Below, piece after piece: positions 24,436 through 33,567 of a DNA stretch of 64,000 nt. The stretch spans positions 12,388 to 76,387 of the forward strand of contig DUEK01000002.1 in assembly GCA_011192155.1 (NCBI GenBank), given 5' to 3'. Below the pieces are notes generated by a model. That model was not told where the DNA came from, did no database searches, and worked only from the letters and a program-made list of their open reading frames with translations. This DNA is from Thermoflexia bacterium. GTDB taxonomy: Bacteria > Chloroflexota > Anaerolineae > B4-G1. The stretch's first letter is position 1. Each line of letters begins with the position of its first letter. The position numbers and the translations under genes are program-made.

Positions 24436-26484
24436 ATGAGCAAATCGTCAGGGCCAATTTCCGCTGTGTCCGTCACCGCGCGCCGCATAAGCATTCGCGC
24501 CTTACTTGTGAGTACCCTGCTCACCGTTCTGGTCTTGCTTTTGCTGATCACTGTTCTCAACTACACGTTTGCAGCCCGCTTGACTCGGGCCTTGTCAGTG
24601 ATGGAGGAAGAGACGGCACGGGCTAGCATAGCGCTAGAGGTGAATAAGGAGGCGGCCAATGTGCTTGCGGCTTTGGCGCAAGGAGTAGTGACCAATGACG
24701 CCGCTTACTTTACCCAGATTGTGAAAGAAGCCGGCCAAGCATTGAGCGATGCGGAGGGACGCTTGGTAGAGAGCGCTGACGCGTTGCCGCCGGATGACCC
24801 GCTGCGAATCAAGCTCTATGGGCTTGCAACCAGCTCTGGCGATATATATCGCCTGACGATCCTCTTGCCCCGGCGGGCAGAGGAGGGAAAGTGGTGGGAG
24901 ATCGAACAGTTTGAGCGGTCGTTGATTCCCTACTATGGACGTTTGGTGACCGAGTCGGCAGACCAGGTGAGAGCGGCGACGGTTGAGCGGCGGGCTATTG
25001 CTGTGGCAGAAGTAGGAGATATTCGCTACAAGATGCAGGTGACCCCTGTGGCGGCAGGACTGTTGATTCTAGTCGTGGCGGCGAGCGCTGTCTTTATCAC
25101 CATCCGCAGCATCGCCCGCCCGGTAGAGCGACTGACTGATACAGTTGCCCGCCTGGCCGCCGGGCGACTGGAGGAACGGGTCAGTGTTGGGGGGGCGGCC
25201 GAGTTTGGCCATTTAGCCACCGCCTTCAACGAGATGGCTGACCAACTGGAGATCTCTTATACCCAATTGGAGCATCGCGTGGCCGAGCGTTCCCGCGCCC
25301 TGGAGCGTCGCGCGGCTTACCTGGAGGCTGCGGCCGAGGTGAGCCGCGCCGCCGCCTCAATATTGGAGACCGATCGGTTGATGCAGCGGGCGGTCGAGTT
25401 GATTCGTGAGCGGTTCGATATGCACTATGTGGGCCTGTTCCTGGTGGACGAGGGGAACGAGTGGGCCGTATTACGGGCTGGTAGCGGCGAGGCCGGACGG
25501 GCTATGCTGGCTCGCGGGCACCGTCTCAAGGTTGGAGAGGGTATGATTGGTTGGAGCATCGCCAACGCTGAGGCCCGCATTGCCTCGAAAGCAGAGACAG
25601 ACACCGTGCGCCTGGTCATACCCGAATTGGCGGCCACGCGTTCCGAGGCGGCCTTGCCCCTGCGCTCGCGTGGCCGGGTGCTGGGCGCGTTGAGCGTACA
25701 GGATGACCAACCTGATGCTTTTGATCAGGATGCCATCACCGCGTTGCAGACGATGACCGATCAGATAGCGGTGGCCCTGGATAACGCGCAGCTCCTGGTC
25801 GCCAGCCAGACGGCCCTGGAAGCGGAGCGCCGCGCCTATGGCGAAGCTAGCCGTCAAGCCTGGGTCGAGTTATTGCGCGCCCGCACCGATTGGGGCTATG
25901 ACTATGAGCACAAATCCGTCACGCCGGCCTATGGCGACTGGGACCCCGAGATGCAGCGGGTTGTTCAGCAAGGTGCAAGTGTGCAGGAAGCCGCTTCGCT
26001 GTCCTTGGATCGGGAGGGGAATGGTGATGGAGAACACACCCTATTCATCCCGCTCAAAGTACGTGACCAGGTGATAGGCGCGCTAAGCTTTTGCAAAGGC
26101 GCGGCCGGCGCAGACCCCACACGATCAAGGGGAAGCGACACAGATCCCGGCCAAACCATCAAACCGTGGACAGCGGACGAGGTCGCTTTGCTGGAAACAC
26201 TGACCGAGCAACTGGGTGTGGCCCTGGAAAGCGCCCGGCTCTACCAGGATACCCAGCGCCGCGCTGCCCGCGAGCGGCTGACCAGTGAGGTCACGGCTCG
26301 CATGCGCGAGACGCTGGATATGGATACTGTGCTCAGAACCGCGACGGACGAAATATATCGAGCATTGGGCCTGGAAAAGATCATCGTTCGCCTGGCGACG
26401 GGAGAGGCGAATGACGAGTCGGCGCTTGGAGATACTACGACCACTGCCCAGAGAGGGCGAACTCTGCAGGAGGAGGTGGTATGA
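24436..26484 (+). CDS. 4-helix-bundle-like sensor / HAMP / GAF / GAF-like receptor protein without an output domain (paralogue 4; tandem duplicate of paralogue 3)
   Basis: ATG at 24436 is preceded by the same leader GCTGGATTGTGG(A/G)AAGGGAA as paralogue 3. HAMP 'IARPVERLTDTVARLAAGRLEERVSVGGAAEFGHLATAFNEMADQL'. GAF1 'FDMHYVGLFLVDEGNEWAVLRAGSGEAG'. Tail 'QRRAARERLTSEVTARMRETLDMDTVLRTATDEI...KIIVRL'. Confidence 0.85.
   Translation: MSKSSGPISAVSVTARRISIRALLVSTLLTVLVLLLLITVLNYTFAARLTRALSVMEEETARASIALEVNKEAANVLAALAQGVVTNDAAYFTQIVKEAGQALSDAEGRLVESADALPPDDPLRIKLYGLATSSGDIYRLTILLPRRAEEGKWWEIEQFERSLIPYYGRLVTESADQVRAATVERRAIAVAEVGDIRYKMQVTPVAAGLLILVVAASAVFITIRSIARPVERLTDTVARLAAGRLEERVSVGGAAEFGHLATAFNEMADQLEISYTQLEHRVAERSRALERRAAYLEAAAEVSRAAASILETDRLMQRAVELIRERFDMHYVGLFLVDEGNEWAVLRAGSGEAGRAMLARGHRLKVGEGMIGWSIANAEARIASKAETDTVRLVIPELAATRSEAALPLRSRGRVLGALSVQDDQPDAFDQDAITALQTMTDQIAVALDNAQLLVASQTALEAERRAYGEASRQAWVELLRARTDWGYDYEHKSVTPAYGDWDPEMQRVVQQGASVQEAASLSLDREGNGDGEHTLFIPLKVRDQVIGALSFCKGAAGADPTRSRGSDTDPGQTIKPWTADEVALLETLTEQLGVALESARLYQDTQRRAARERLTSEVTARMRETLDMDTVLRTATDEIYRALGLEKIIVRLATGEANDESALGDTTTTAQRGRTLQEEVV
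25990..26018 (-). repeat. 30-nt-family repeat, degenerate single copy in antisense orientation (read as ASLSLDREG)
   Basis: GCCGCTTCGCTGTCCTTGGATCGGGAGGG compares with GACGCTTCGCTTCCCTTTGATCGTGAGGG at 34891-35010. Same linker position as in paralogue 8. Confidence 0.5.
26123..26140 (+). repeat. 30-nt-family repeat core, single copy (read as SRGSD)
   Basis: GATCAAGGGGAAGCGACA within a loop of the second GAF-like module of paralogue 4. Confidence 0.55.
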
Positions 26485-28451
26485 GTATTCGAACTCGCCT
26501 AGTTCTGGTTATGCTGTTGGTGGGCGTGCTCCCGACCTTGATCGCCGGTTTTGTGGCTACAGACCAGATGCAGGACTTGGCCATTCAAAGTAGCCAGACC
26601 GCTCTGGAAGAGTTGGCGAAAGCGTCCATCCGCAGCAAGGCTCTCGTCGCAGCCCACCAGATTCAATCATACCTGAGCCTTCATCCCGAGATAGACCCCT
26701 ACGACGTAGCCGCGCTGGAGACCAACCATGACCTCGCTATTCTAGCTATCCAGCCCGTCGGCCAGACCGGCTACACCGCCGTCTTTGACGCTGAGGGGAT
26801 CACCCGCTTTCACGTAAACCCTGAAATCGTAGGCGTGGATCTATCCACTATGGCCGACACCCTGCCAGAGTTCTGGGCCATCTTGTCCGCTTCTCTCGAT
26901 GGATCCACCTCCGAGGGTTATTACGATTGGCGAGAGGCTGACGGTAGTATCCGGCGCAAGTTTATGGCCATCACGCTGGTGGAGGGCACCTCGTTGCGAG
27001 TAGCGGCCACCACCTATATGGACGAGTTTACCCGCCCGGCCCAGGCGATGACGGCGGAGTTGGAGCGGCTGTCTGCTCTTGCGTACCGTCGTTTCAACCT
27101 GTTTGTCGCAGTTGTGGCCCTGGTGTCGCTGGGGGTGGGCCTGATCTTTGGCATCCGTCTTATCGCGCCGCTCAGAGAGATGGCCGCGACCGCTACCAGA
27201 GTTGCGCAGGGGGAATGGGATGCTATCCGCCCCTTCCCCCGTAGGGATGAGCTAGGCGCCCTCAACCGCGCCTTTCACTCAATGACGCTCCGCTTGAAGG
27301 AAATGGTACAGGGCCTGGAGCAAGAAGTGGCGGCGAGGACGATGGATCTGGAGCGCCGCTCCCGTTACCTGGAGGCGACCGCCAAGGTTGCCAGGGATAC
27401 AACCTTGCTTTTGGACCTGGAAACGCTGTTTTCACGGATCACTGCTTCGATCAGCGAACAGTTTGATTTTCACCGTATCGGCATCTTTCTGCTAGATTCC
27501 AGCGGCGAATGGGCGGTGTTGCGGGCCGCGTCCGGCGAGGGCGGGCGGCGGGCGTTGGCCGGCGGCCTCCGGCTCAGGGTCGGTAGAGAGGGTATCGTGG
27601 GCTATGTCACCGGGACGGGAGAACCGTACTTTGCGCCGGATGTGAGCGAGGACCCGTTGTTCATCTATGATCCGGGCCTAGCCGACACACGCTCCGAAAT
27701 GGTGCTGCCGCTGCGAGCGCGGGGGGAGATCATCGGTGCGCTGGACGCGCAGAGCACAGAGACGGAGGCGTTCAATGAGGAGGACGTGGCCGTATTACAG
27801 ACGCTGGCCGACCAGATCGCCATGGCTATCAGCAACGCGCGGCTTTTCCAACATGCGCAGAAAAGCCTGGAAACGGAGCGGCTGGCCTATGGAAAGTTGA
27901 GCCGCGAGGCTTGGGCAGGGCTACTCCAAACCCGGCTCGACCTGGGATTTGCCAGGGATGAGCGCGGCATTTCCCCAGCCGGCGACAAGTGGGGGCCGGA
28001 GATGGAAACGGCGCTACAGACCGGAAGGACCGTGCCGGGCAAAGATGGCGCGGCCAGCCTGGCCCAACCGATCAAGGTGCGCGGGCACGTCGTTGGCGTG
28101 ATTGACGCGCAAAAACCCAAGGAGAGCGGCGAGTGGTCGCCGGAACAGATTGCGCTTTTGGAGACCCTGTCCGACCAGTTGGGCGCGGCCCTGGAAAGCG
28201 CCCGACTCTACCAGGATACCCAGCGCCGCGCCGCCCGCGAGCGGCTGACCAGTGAGGTCACGGCTCGCATGCGCGAGACGTTGGATATGGATACTGTGCT
28301 CAAGACTGCTGCGCAAGAGGTGCGGCAGGCTTTGGGACTGCCGAAAGTCGTGATTAGGCTATGTGGCTCTCCTCCTTCGTCCCGTACCGCTGGGGGTGTT
28401 CGCGGTGGAGATGAGCTGGCCCGATCGGATGGTGAGGAGAGGAGCGTATGA
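26481..28451 (+). CDS. Cache-like sensor / HAMP / GAF / GAF-like receptor protein without an output domain (paralogue 5)
   Basis: ATGA overlap. Periplasmic 'GYYDWREADGSIRRKFMAITLVEGTSLRVAATTYMDEF' is Cache-like. HAMP 'LIAPLREMAATATRVAQGEWD...DELGALNRAFHSMTLRL'. GAF1 'FDFHRIGIFLLDSSGEWAVLRAASGEGG'. Tail 'QRRAARERLTSEVTARMRETLDMDTVLKTAAQEV...KVVIRL'. Confidence 0.85.
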   Translation: MSIRTRLVLVMLLVGVLPTLIAGFVATDQMQDLAIQSSQTALEELAKASIRSKALVAAHQIQSYLSLHPEIDPYDVAALETNHDLAILAIQPVGQTGYTAVFDAEGITRFHVNPEIVGVDLSTMADTLPEFWAILSASLDGSTSEGYYDWREADGSIRRKFMAITLVEGTSLRVAATTYMDEFTRPAQAMTAELERLSALAYRRFNLFVAVVALVSLGVGLIFGIRLIAPLREMAATATRVAQGEWDAIRPFPRRDELGALNRAFHSMTLRLKEMVQGLEQEVAARTMDLERRSRYLEATAKVARDTTLLLDLETLFSRITASISEQFDFHRIGIFLLDSSGEWAVLRAASGEGGRRALAGGLRLRVGREGIVGYVTGTGEPYFAPDVSEDPLFIYDPGLADTRSEMVLPLRARGEIIGALDAQSTETEAFNEEDVAVLQTLADQIAMAISNARLFQHAQKSLETERLAYGKLSREAWAGLLQTRLDLGFARDERGISPAGDKWGPEMETALQTGRTVPGKDGAASLAQPIKVRGHVVGVIDAQKPKESGEWSPEQIALLETLSDQLGAALESARLYQDTQRRAARERLTSEVTARMRETLDMDTVLKTAAQEVRQALGLPKVVIRLCGSPPSSRTAGGVRGGDELARSDGEERSV

Positions 28452-30859
28452 ACCGGACAGATACTGCTTCTGTGCGCCCGCGAGGTTTGAAGTGGCGGTT
28501 GGCCGACGTCTCTTTGCGTTTCAAGTTATACGTCGCTTTGGGCGTTTCGATCTTGGGCTTGCTCGTCATCGCCGGTGTGACTGTCTCTACCAGTGTGGTC
28601 AATCAGCGACTGGTGGACCGCACTCTGACGCGCCAGCGCCAGTTGGCCGACTTGGCATCCGCCATCAACAACGACCTGCTGACTGTTCAGAACCAGGCTT
28701 TCGAGTTCTACGATACCTGGGACAGCACCGGTTTTGAGGCATCGGGTCAGGGTGGATTTGAAGCTGCCCGGAGGGCCTACGTGACTCCGTTGCGGGAGCA
28801 GATAGATCGGATTCGAGACAACATTGCCGCAATTGAGCAGCTAGAGCCTGATGAATCTACCCGCGCTGTTTTGGCGAGCATCGCGAGTAACGTGGATGCG
28901 TACGAGACCAGTTTGCTCGAAATGAGCGACCATATGGAAAACCTGGGCTTTTACTACAGCGGCGAGGCTGGTCAGACGCGGGCAGCTATGGGCGAGCTAC
29001 AGGCCCTGCTGGACGACGCCGGCCTGGAATCGCTCAAGGCCACCACTCTGGAGATCAGGCGGCAGGAAAAGAACTTTTTCCTGTACTCTGACCTCGCTTC
29101 TGCCAGGATCGTGCAAGAGTGGATTGGACAGTTCGGAGAGCAGATCGCTGCCATAGATGACGATCAACTGTCGTCGGAAGACAGGGCTCGGCTGGATTAT
29201 TTGATCGAGCGTTATCTTGATCACTTTCTTGCTGCCGCGAACCACTTTAGCCTGCTCGACCAAAGCCGGGGGAACCTCATTAGCCAAAGCGACTTGACCG
29301 GTGTACTGGTCACCGACTTGTTCGAGCAACAACAGATTGAATTCGACGCTACGCTAGAGCAGCTTCGAGGGCGACAGTCTAACATCACCTTTGTGGTGAT
29401 TGGCTTGGCCCTGATAGCTTTTTTTGTCAGTGTCTCTGTCGCTTACATTGTCGCCGATCAGATAGTTCGGCCGGTCCAGATGTTGGGCGAGGCTGCCGAG
29501 CGGCTGGGCGCGGGCGATTTGGACGTTCGCGCCGCCGTCCGCGGGCAGGATGAGATCGGCGCCACCGCTGCCGCTTTCAACTTTATGGCCGACCGATTGC
29601 GGGACTTGCTCACCGGATTGGAGCGGCGCGTGGCTGACCGCACCCGCGCACTGGAGCAGCGCTCCTCCTACCTGGAAGCATCGGCTGAGGTGGGGCGCGC
29701 TGCTACCTCGATCCTGGAGACGGACCAGTTGATCCGCCAGGTGGTTGACCTAATCCGCGACCGGTTTGGCTTGTACTACGTGGGGTTGTTCCTGGTGGAC
29801 GAGGCGGGCGAATGGGCCGCGCTGCGGGCCGGCACCGGCGAGTTTGGTCAGATGATGCTGGCGCGGGAGCACAGGCTGGCGGTGGGCGGGGATTCGATGA
29901 TCGGTCAGTGCGTGTCTCGAGACGAGGCGCGCATTGCGCTGGACGTTGGTGAGGAGGCTGCCCGCTTCGATAACCCGCTGTTGCCAGATACGCGCTCGGA
30001 GCTGGCCTTGCCGCTTCGTTCTCGTGGGCGCGTAGTCGGGGCGATGAGCGTGCAGAGCGTGGAGGAGTCTGCTTTCGACGAGGCTGCTATTGCCGTGTTG
30101 CAGACGATGGCTGACCAAGTGGCGGTGGCGCTCGACAACGCTCGCCTATTCGCCGAAGCTCAAGCGGCCGTGGATGCAGCGCGCAGCGCCTACGGCGAAA
30201 TGAGCCGTGAGGCATGGAGTAAGCTGCTCCGCGCTCAACCCGATATGGCCTACCGTAGCGACGAACGCGGCGTCGCCAGGGCCGAGGGCGTATGGCGGCC
30301 TGAGATGGAGCGGGCGCTGCGGGAAGGCGAGACCATGTTGGGCGACGGCGATGGCGAGAGGCGTCCTCTGGCCATACCTATCAAAGTGCGCGGTGACGTC
30401 ATCGGTGTGTTGGATACCTACAAGCCCGGCGGCGCGGACGAGTGGATGCCCGAGGAGGTCGCTTTGTTGGAAACATTGGCCGACCAGTTGGGCACGGCGT
30501 TGGAGAGCGCGCGGCTCTACGGGGATGCGCAGCGCAGCGCCGCCCGCGAGCGATTAGTCTCCGAGATCACTGATAGGATGCGGCGCGCCGCCGATGTGGA
30601 GGGTATCGTGCAGGCGGCCGTGGATGAACTTTTCAGTGTATTGGGAACGTCCCGCGCTTTTGTGCGCCTCACCTCTCCCGATCAAAGGGAAGCAAGGCGG
30701 CCCCTGCGCGATCAAAGGGAAGCAAGGCGGCCCCTGCGCGATCAAAGGGAAGCAAGGCGGCCCCTACGCGATCAAAGGGGAGCAAGGCGGCCCCTGCGCG
30801 ATCAAAGGGAAGCAAGGCGACGTTCGCCCTCGCCAACGCGCGATGTGAAAGTTGAGTGA
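28448..30859 (+). CDS. Long helical (CHASE3/4HB-like) sensor / HAMP / GAF / GAF-like receptor protein without an output domain (paralogue 6)
   Basis: ATGA overlap. About 270-aa helical periplasmic domain. HAMP 'IVRPVQMLGEAAERLGAGDLDVRAAVRGQDEIGATAAAFNFMADRL'. GAF1 'FGLYYVGLFLVDEAGEWAALRAGTGEFG'. Tail 'QRSAARERLVSEITDRMRRAADVEGIVQAAVDEL...RAFVRL', followed by a 5x DQREARRPLR repeat. Confidence 0.85.
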   Translation: MNRTDTASVRPRGLKWRLADVSLRFKLYVALGVSILGLLVIAGVTVSTSVVNQRLVDRTLTRQRQLADLASAINNDLLTVQNQAFEFYDTWDSTGFEASGQGGFEAARRAYVTPLREQIDRIRDNIAAIEQLEPDESTRAVLASIASNVDAYETSLLEMSDHMENLGFYYSGEAGQTRAAMGELQALLDDAGLESLKATTLEIRRQEKNFFLYSDLASARIVQEWIGQFGEQIAAIDDDQLSSEDRARLDYLIERYLDHFLAAANHFSLLDQSRGNLISQSDLTGVLVTDLFEQQQIEFDATLEQLRGRQSNITFVVIGLALIAFFVSVSVAYIVADQIVRPVQMLGEAAERLGAGDLDVRAAVRGQDEIGATAAAFNFMADRLRDLLTGLERRVADRTRALEQRSSYLEASAEVGRAATSILETDQLIRQVVDLIRDRFGLYYVGLFLVDEAGEWAALRAGTGEFGQMMLAREHRLAVGGDSMIGQCVSRDEARIALDVGEEAARFDNPLLPDTRSELALPLRSRGRVVGAMSVQSVEESAFDEAAIAVLQTMADQVAVALDNARLFAEAQAAVDAARSAYGEMSREAWSKLLRAQPDMAYRSDERGVARAEGVWRPEMERALREGETMLGDGDGERRPLAIPIKVRGDVIGVLDTYKPGGADEWMPEEVALLETLADQLGTALESARLYGDAQRSAARERLVSEITDRMRRAADVEGIVQAAVDELFSVLGTSRAFVRLTSPDQREARRPLRDQREARRPLRDQREARRPLRDQRGARRPLRDQREARRRSPSPTRDVKVE
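30680..30819 (+). repeat. 30-nt tandem repeat, 5 copies (read as DQREARRPLR)
   Basis: GATCAAAGGGAAGCAAGGCGGCCCCTGCGC starts at 30680, 30710, 30740, 30770 and 30800, with 1-2 substitutions. Forms the C-terminal extension of paralogue 6. Confidence 0.9.
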
Positions 30860-30898
30860 TCGGCCTATGTATTGCGTATTACTCTCAAGGCGGGAATA

Positions 30899-31660
30899 AT
30901 GACTACAACTATTGCCATCAGCAATCAGAAAGGTGGGGTAGCCAAGACCACCACTTGTCTCTCGTTGGGGGCCTGTCTATCTGAGATGGGCAAGATCGTC
31001 ATGCTCGTGGATATGGACCCTCAGGCCAACCTCACGCTTTCACTGGGATTGAAACCGAAGGAAATGCGTTGCACAGTGGGGGACGCCCTCCTGGGAAACA
31101 ACTCACTGATTGGCGTCAGCCGCGAGAGTCCCGTATACGGTCTGGATATCGTCCCGGCCAATCAAGGATTGGTCATCCTCGATAGAGTTCTCTATGGGAG
31201 GCCCGGCTACCAGTTTCGTCTAAAGAACGGGCTGGATGACGTTGACGAGGGGTTCTATGACTATGTCTTGATTGACTGCCCCCCTTCTCTGGGGACGTTG
31301 ACGCTCAATGCCCTGACGGCAGCCGATCTCCTCATCATACCCATCCAGACTGAGTATTACGCTGCACATACGTTACTTTACTTTATCAGGCTGGTGCAGC
31401 GCGTGCGAGAAAAGACCAATCCGCGCCTGAAATATCGTGTGTTAGTGACGATGTACGACCGGCGTAACAAGATCTATCGCATTATACTTAACCAGTTGCA
31501 GCGCGGGCTGAGCAAGGCGCTCTTTGAGACGATTATTGAGGTAGATACCAAATTGAGGGAAAGCCCGGTGTTCGGTCAGCCGATCACGCTCTACGCGCCC
31601 AAGACTCGTGGAGCTAGACAATACCGCGCCCTGGCCCAGGAGTTGATAAATCATGAGTGA
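30899..31660 (+). CDS. ParA/MinD-family P-loop ATPase
   Basis: Deviant Walker A 'SNQKGGVAKTTT'. 'VDMDPQANLT'. Walker B-like 'YVLIDCPPSLG'. ATG at 30899 (M10 of the track ORF). The stop overlaps the next gene's start by 8 nt. Confidence 0.85.
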   Translation: MTTTIAISNQKGGVAKTTTCLSLGACLSEMGKIVMLVDMDPQANLTLSLGLKPKEMRCTVGDALLGNNSLIGVSRESPVYGLDIVPANQGLVILDRVLYGRPGYQFRLKNGLDDVDEGFYDYVLIDCPPSLGTLTLNALTAADLLIIPIQTEYYAAHTLLYFIRLVQRVREKTNPRLKYRVLVTMYDRRNKIYRIILNQLQRGLSKALFETIIEVDTKLRESPVFGQPITLYAPKTRGARQYRALAQELINHE

Positions 31661-33509
31661 TAATGACCTCCGAGACCATCTCAGCGGATTGTTCTCCGAC
31701 CTATCCCCATCAAAGGGAAGCGAAGCGACTCCCGCCCTCTCAAAGGGAAGCGAAGCGACTCCCGCCCCATCAAAGGGAAGCGAAGCGACTATTGTTCCTG
31801 AACCGGATTCGGAGACGGAGGCAAGGAAAGCGGAATCTCTCTCACTAGAGGAAAGAGTCATTTTCGATCTTGTCGGAGGTGATGCCGCTGGAAGCAATGC
31901 GACGCTTTCCTTCGATCGTGAGTCGCCCGTGGCTGCGCCTGCCGCAGCAGAGCCGGAGGCGGCGGAACCATCTCTATCAGCTCCGGTCGGGCCGGAAGGG
32001 ATTGGAGCGTGGAGGGTCACGCTGGGGAAACGGAGTGTCAGTGTTCTCAGTGTCCTTTTATACGGCGTGATCATCCTTGGAGGAGTGCCCCTCGCCTTTT
32101 TGCTGATTCGCTTCGTTGGGCGGGGAGCGGTGGATTGGTCGGGTTTCCCTTTGTATCTTGGACTATACACGCTGGCCGTCGTCGTCACGCTGGCGCAGTG
32201 GTTGTTCAATTCCTTCTTATCGAAGGCTCTCCAGGAGGCGGAGGGGCAGCGTGACGAGGCGTTTCGCTCTCGGACATCTCTCACAGACCGGGTGCAAAGA
32301 CTGGCTGCCGCCAACGCTTCATTGCAAAAGCGGGCGCTCCAACTTCAGACCGGGGCCGTAATCACTCGCGCCGTCGTCTCAATACTGGAACAAGATGGAT
32401 TGATCCAGGAGGCGGTAAACCTGATCTGTGACCGATTTGATTTCTACTATGTTGGCATCTATATGGTTGACAAAGCTGGCGCGAACACCGATGAGGAGTG
32501 GGCGGTGTTGCAGGCAGGTACGGGCGAGGCGGGCGCTCAGATGTTGGCGCAAGGTCATAGGCTCAAGGTGGACGGCGCATCGGTGGTCGGGCGCTGCATC
32601 GTCAGTGCCCAGGCCCGCATTGCGTTGGATACCACTTTGGCGCAGGATTGGTTGCTGTACGATGATGAGTCGACCGGGCCAAGTGAGGAGGCTGGGCGCC
32701 TTGACGAAGCGCTAGACACTATTGAGCACAATTCGCTGCTGCCAAAAACACGCTCAGAAATAGTTCTGCCCTTGCTTTCTAGCGGCCAGTCCCACACAGA
32801 GAAACGGCGCGACGTGATCGGCGCGCTGGACATCCACAGCGTTGAGCGGGAGGCGTTTTCTGAGCAAGACGTCTCCGTATTTCAGATGATGGCCGATCAC
32901 GTGGCAGCAGCCATTGATAACGCGCGGGCGTTTACGGAAATCCAGGATCGCCTGGGGGAGCTTCGGCGAAGCCGCACACGCGAACAGCGGGCCAGGCTGT
33001 TGTCTCCTCGGCCCATTCCTCTATACGAACGCGCGCAGCCGGGTGTAAGCTCGCTCAGTGGCGATGTGCTATCTGAGATTGAACAGGTTGTGGCGCAGCG
33101 GAGGGTGGTGGTGCAATCCAGTGCAAGTGATGATGGTGGAAAATCCACCCTGGTGGCGCCTGTTGCGTTGCGCGACCAAGTGATCGGCGCTTTGGGGTTG
33201 CAGGAGGTGGGAGAGGGGCGACAATGGACGGACGACGAGGTTGCCCTCATCGAGGCTGTGGCCGATCAGATGGCGCTCGCTATCGAGAACGCCCGTTTGC
33301 TGGAAGATACGCGACGGCGAGCGGAGCAAGAGCAGGTGCTTAACGAGATGACGGCCCGCTTCACCCGCTCTCCTGACGTGAGCGGCTTATTGCGCTCCGC
33401 CGTGCGCGAACTGGGACGCTTGCTCCCGGTCGAAGAGGTGTCGGTCCACGTGGGGCCGCCTGATGAAACCTCCGTGGCGAGCGAGGATGGAGAGGCGAAT
33501 CATGTCTGA
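31653..33509 (+). CDS. Disordered N-terminus / 2TM / coiled-coil / GAF / GAF-like receptor protein without an output domain (paralogue 7)
   Basis: About 130-aa acidic low-complexity N-terminus containing a 3x SKGSEATPA repeat. 2 TM. GAF1 'FDFYYVGIYMVD...EWAVLQAGTGEAG' with extra loops. Tail 'RRRAEQEQVLNEMTARFTRSPDVSGLLRSAVRELGRLL...EVSVHV'. Confidence 0.8.
   Translation: MSDNDLRDHLSGLFSDLSPSKGSEATPALSKGSEATPAPSKGSEATIVPEPDSETEARKAESLSLEERVIFDLVGGDAAGSNATLSFDRESPVAAPAAAEPEAAEPSLSAPVGPEGIGAWRVTLGKRSVSVLSVLLYGVIILGGVPLAFLLIRFVGRGAVDWSGFPLYLGLYTLAVVVTLAQWLFNSFLSKALQEAEGQRDEAFRSRTSLTDRVQRLAAANASLQKRALQLQTGAVITRAVVSILEQDGLIQEAVNLICDRFDFYYVGIYMVDKAGANTDEEWAVLQAGTGEAGAQMLAQGHRLKVDGASVVGRCIVSAQARIALDTTLAQDWLLYDDESTGPSEEAGRLDEALDTIEHNSLLPKTRSEIVLPLLSSGQSHTEKRRDVIGALDIHSVEREAFSEQDVSVFQMMADHVAAAIDNARAFTEIQDRLGELRRSRTREQRARLLSPRPIPLYERAQPGVSSLSGDVLSEIEQVVAQRRVVVQSSASDDGGKSTLVAPVALRDQVIGALGLQEVGEGRQWTDDEVALIEAVADQMALAIENARLLEDTRRRAEQEQVLNEMTARFTRSPDVSGLLRSAVRELGRLLPVEEVSVHVGPPDETSVASEDGEANHV
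31709..31790 (+). repeat. 30-nt tandem repeat, about 2.7 copies (read as SKGSEATPA)
   Basis: (A/C)TCAAAGGGAAGCGAAGCGACTCCCGCCC is repeated, with cores at 31710, 31740 and 31770. Confidence 0.9.
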
Positions 33510-33567
33510 ATGGATGGGTGAACGTTTTGAGTGACGACTGAGCGTTTCACAAAGAGAGGAAACGATA

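Noticed and set aside
30680-30819. Regular 30-nt repeats here and at 22456, 31709, 34891 and 37321 could be mistaken for a small CRISPR array.
   Set aside because: The units are directly abutting with no spacers. They lie in-frame inside long ORFs, and no cas genes or leader are present.
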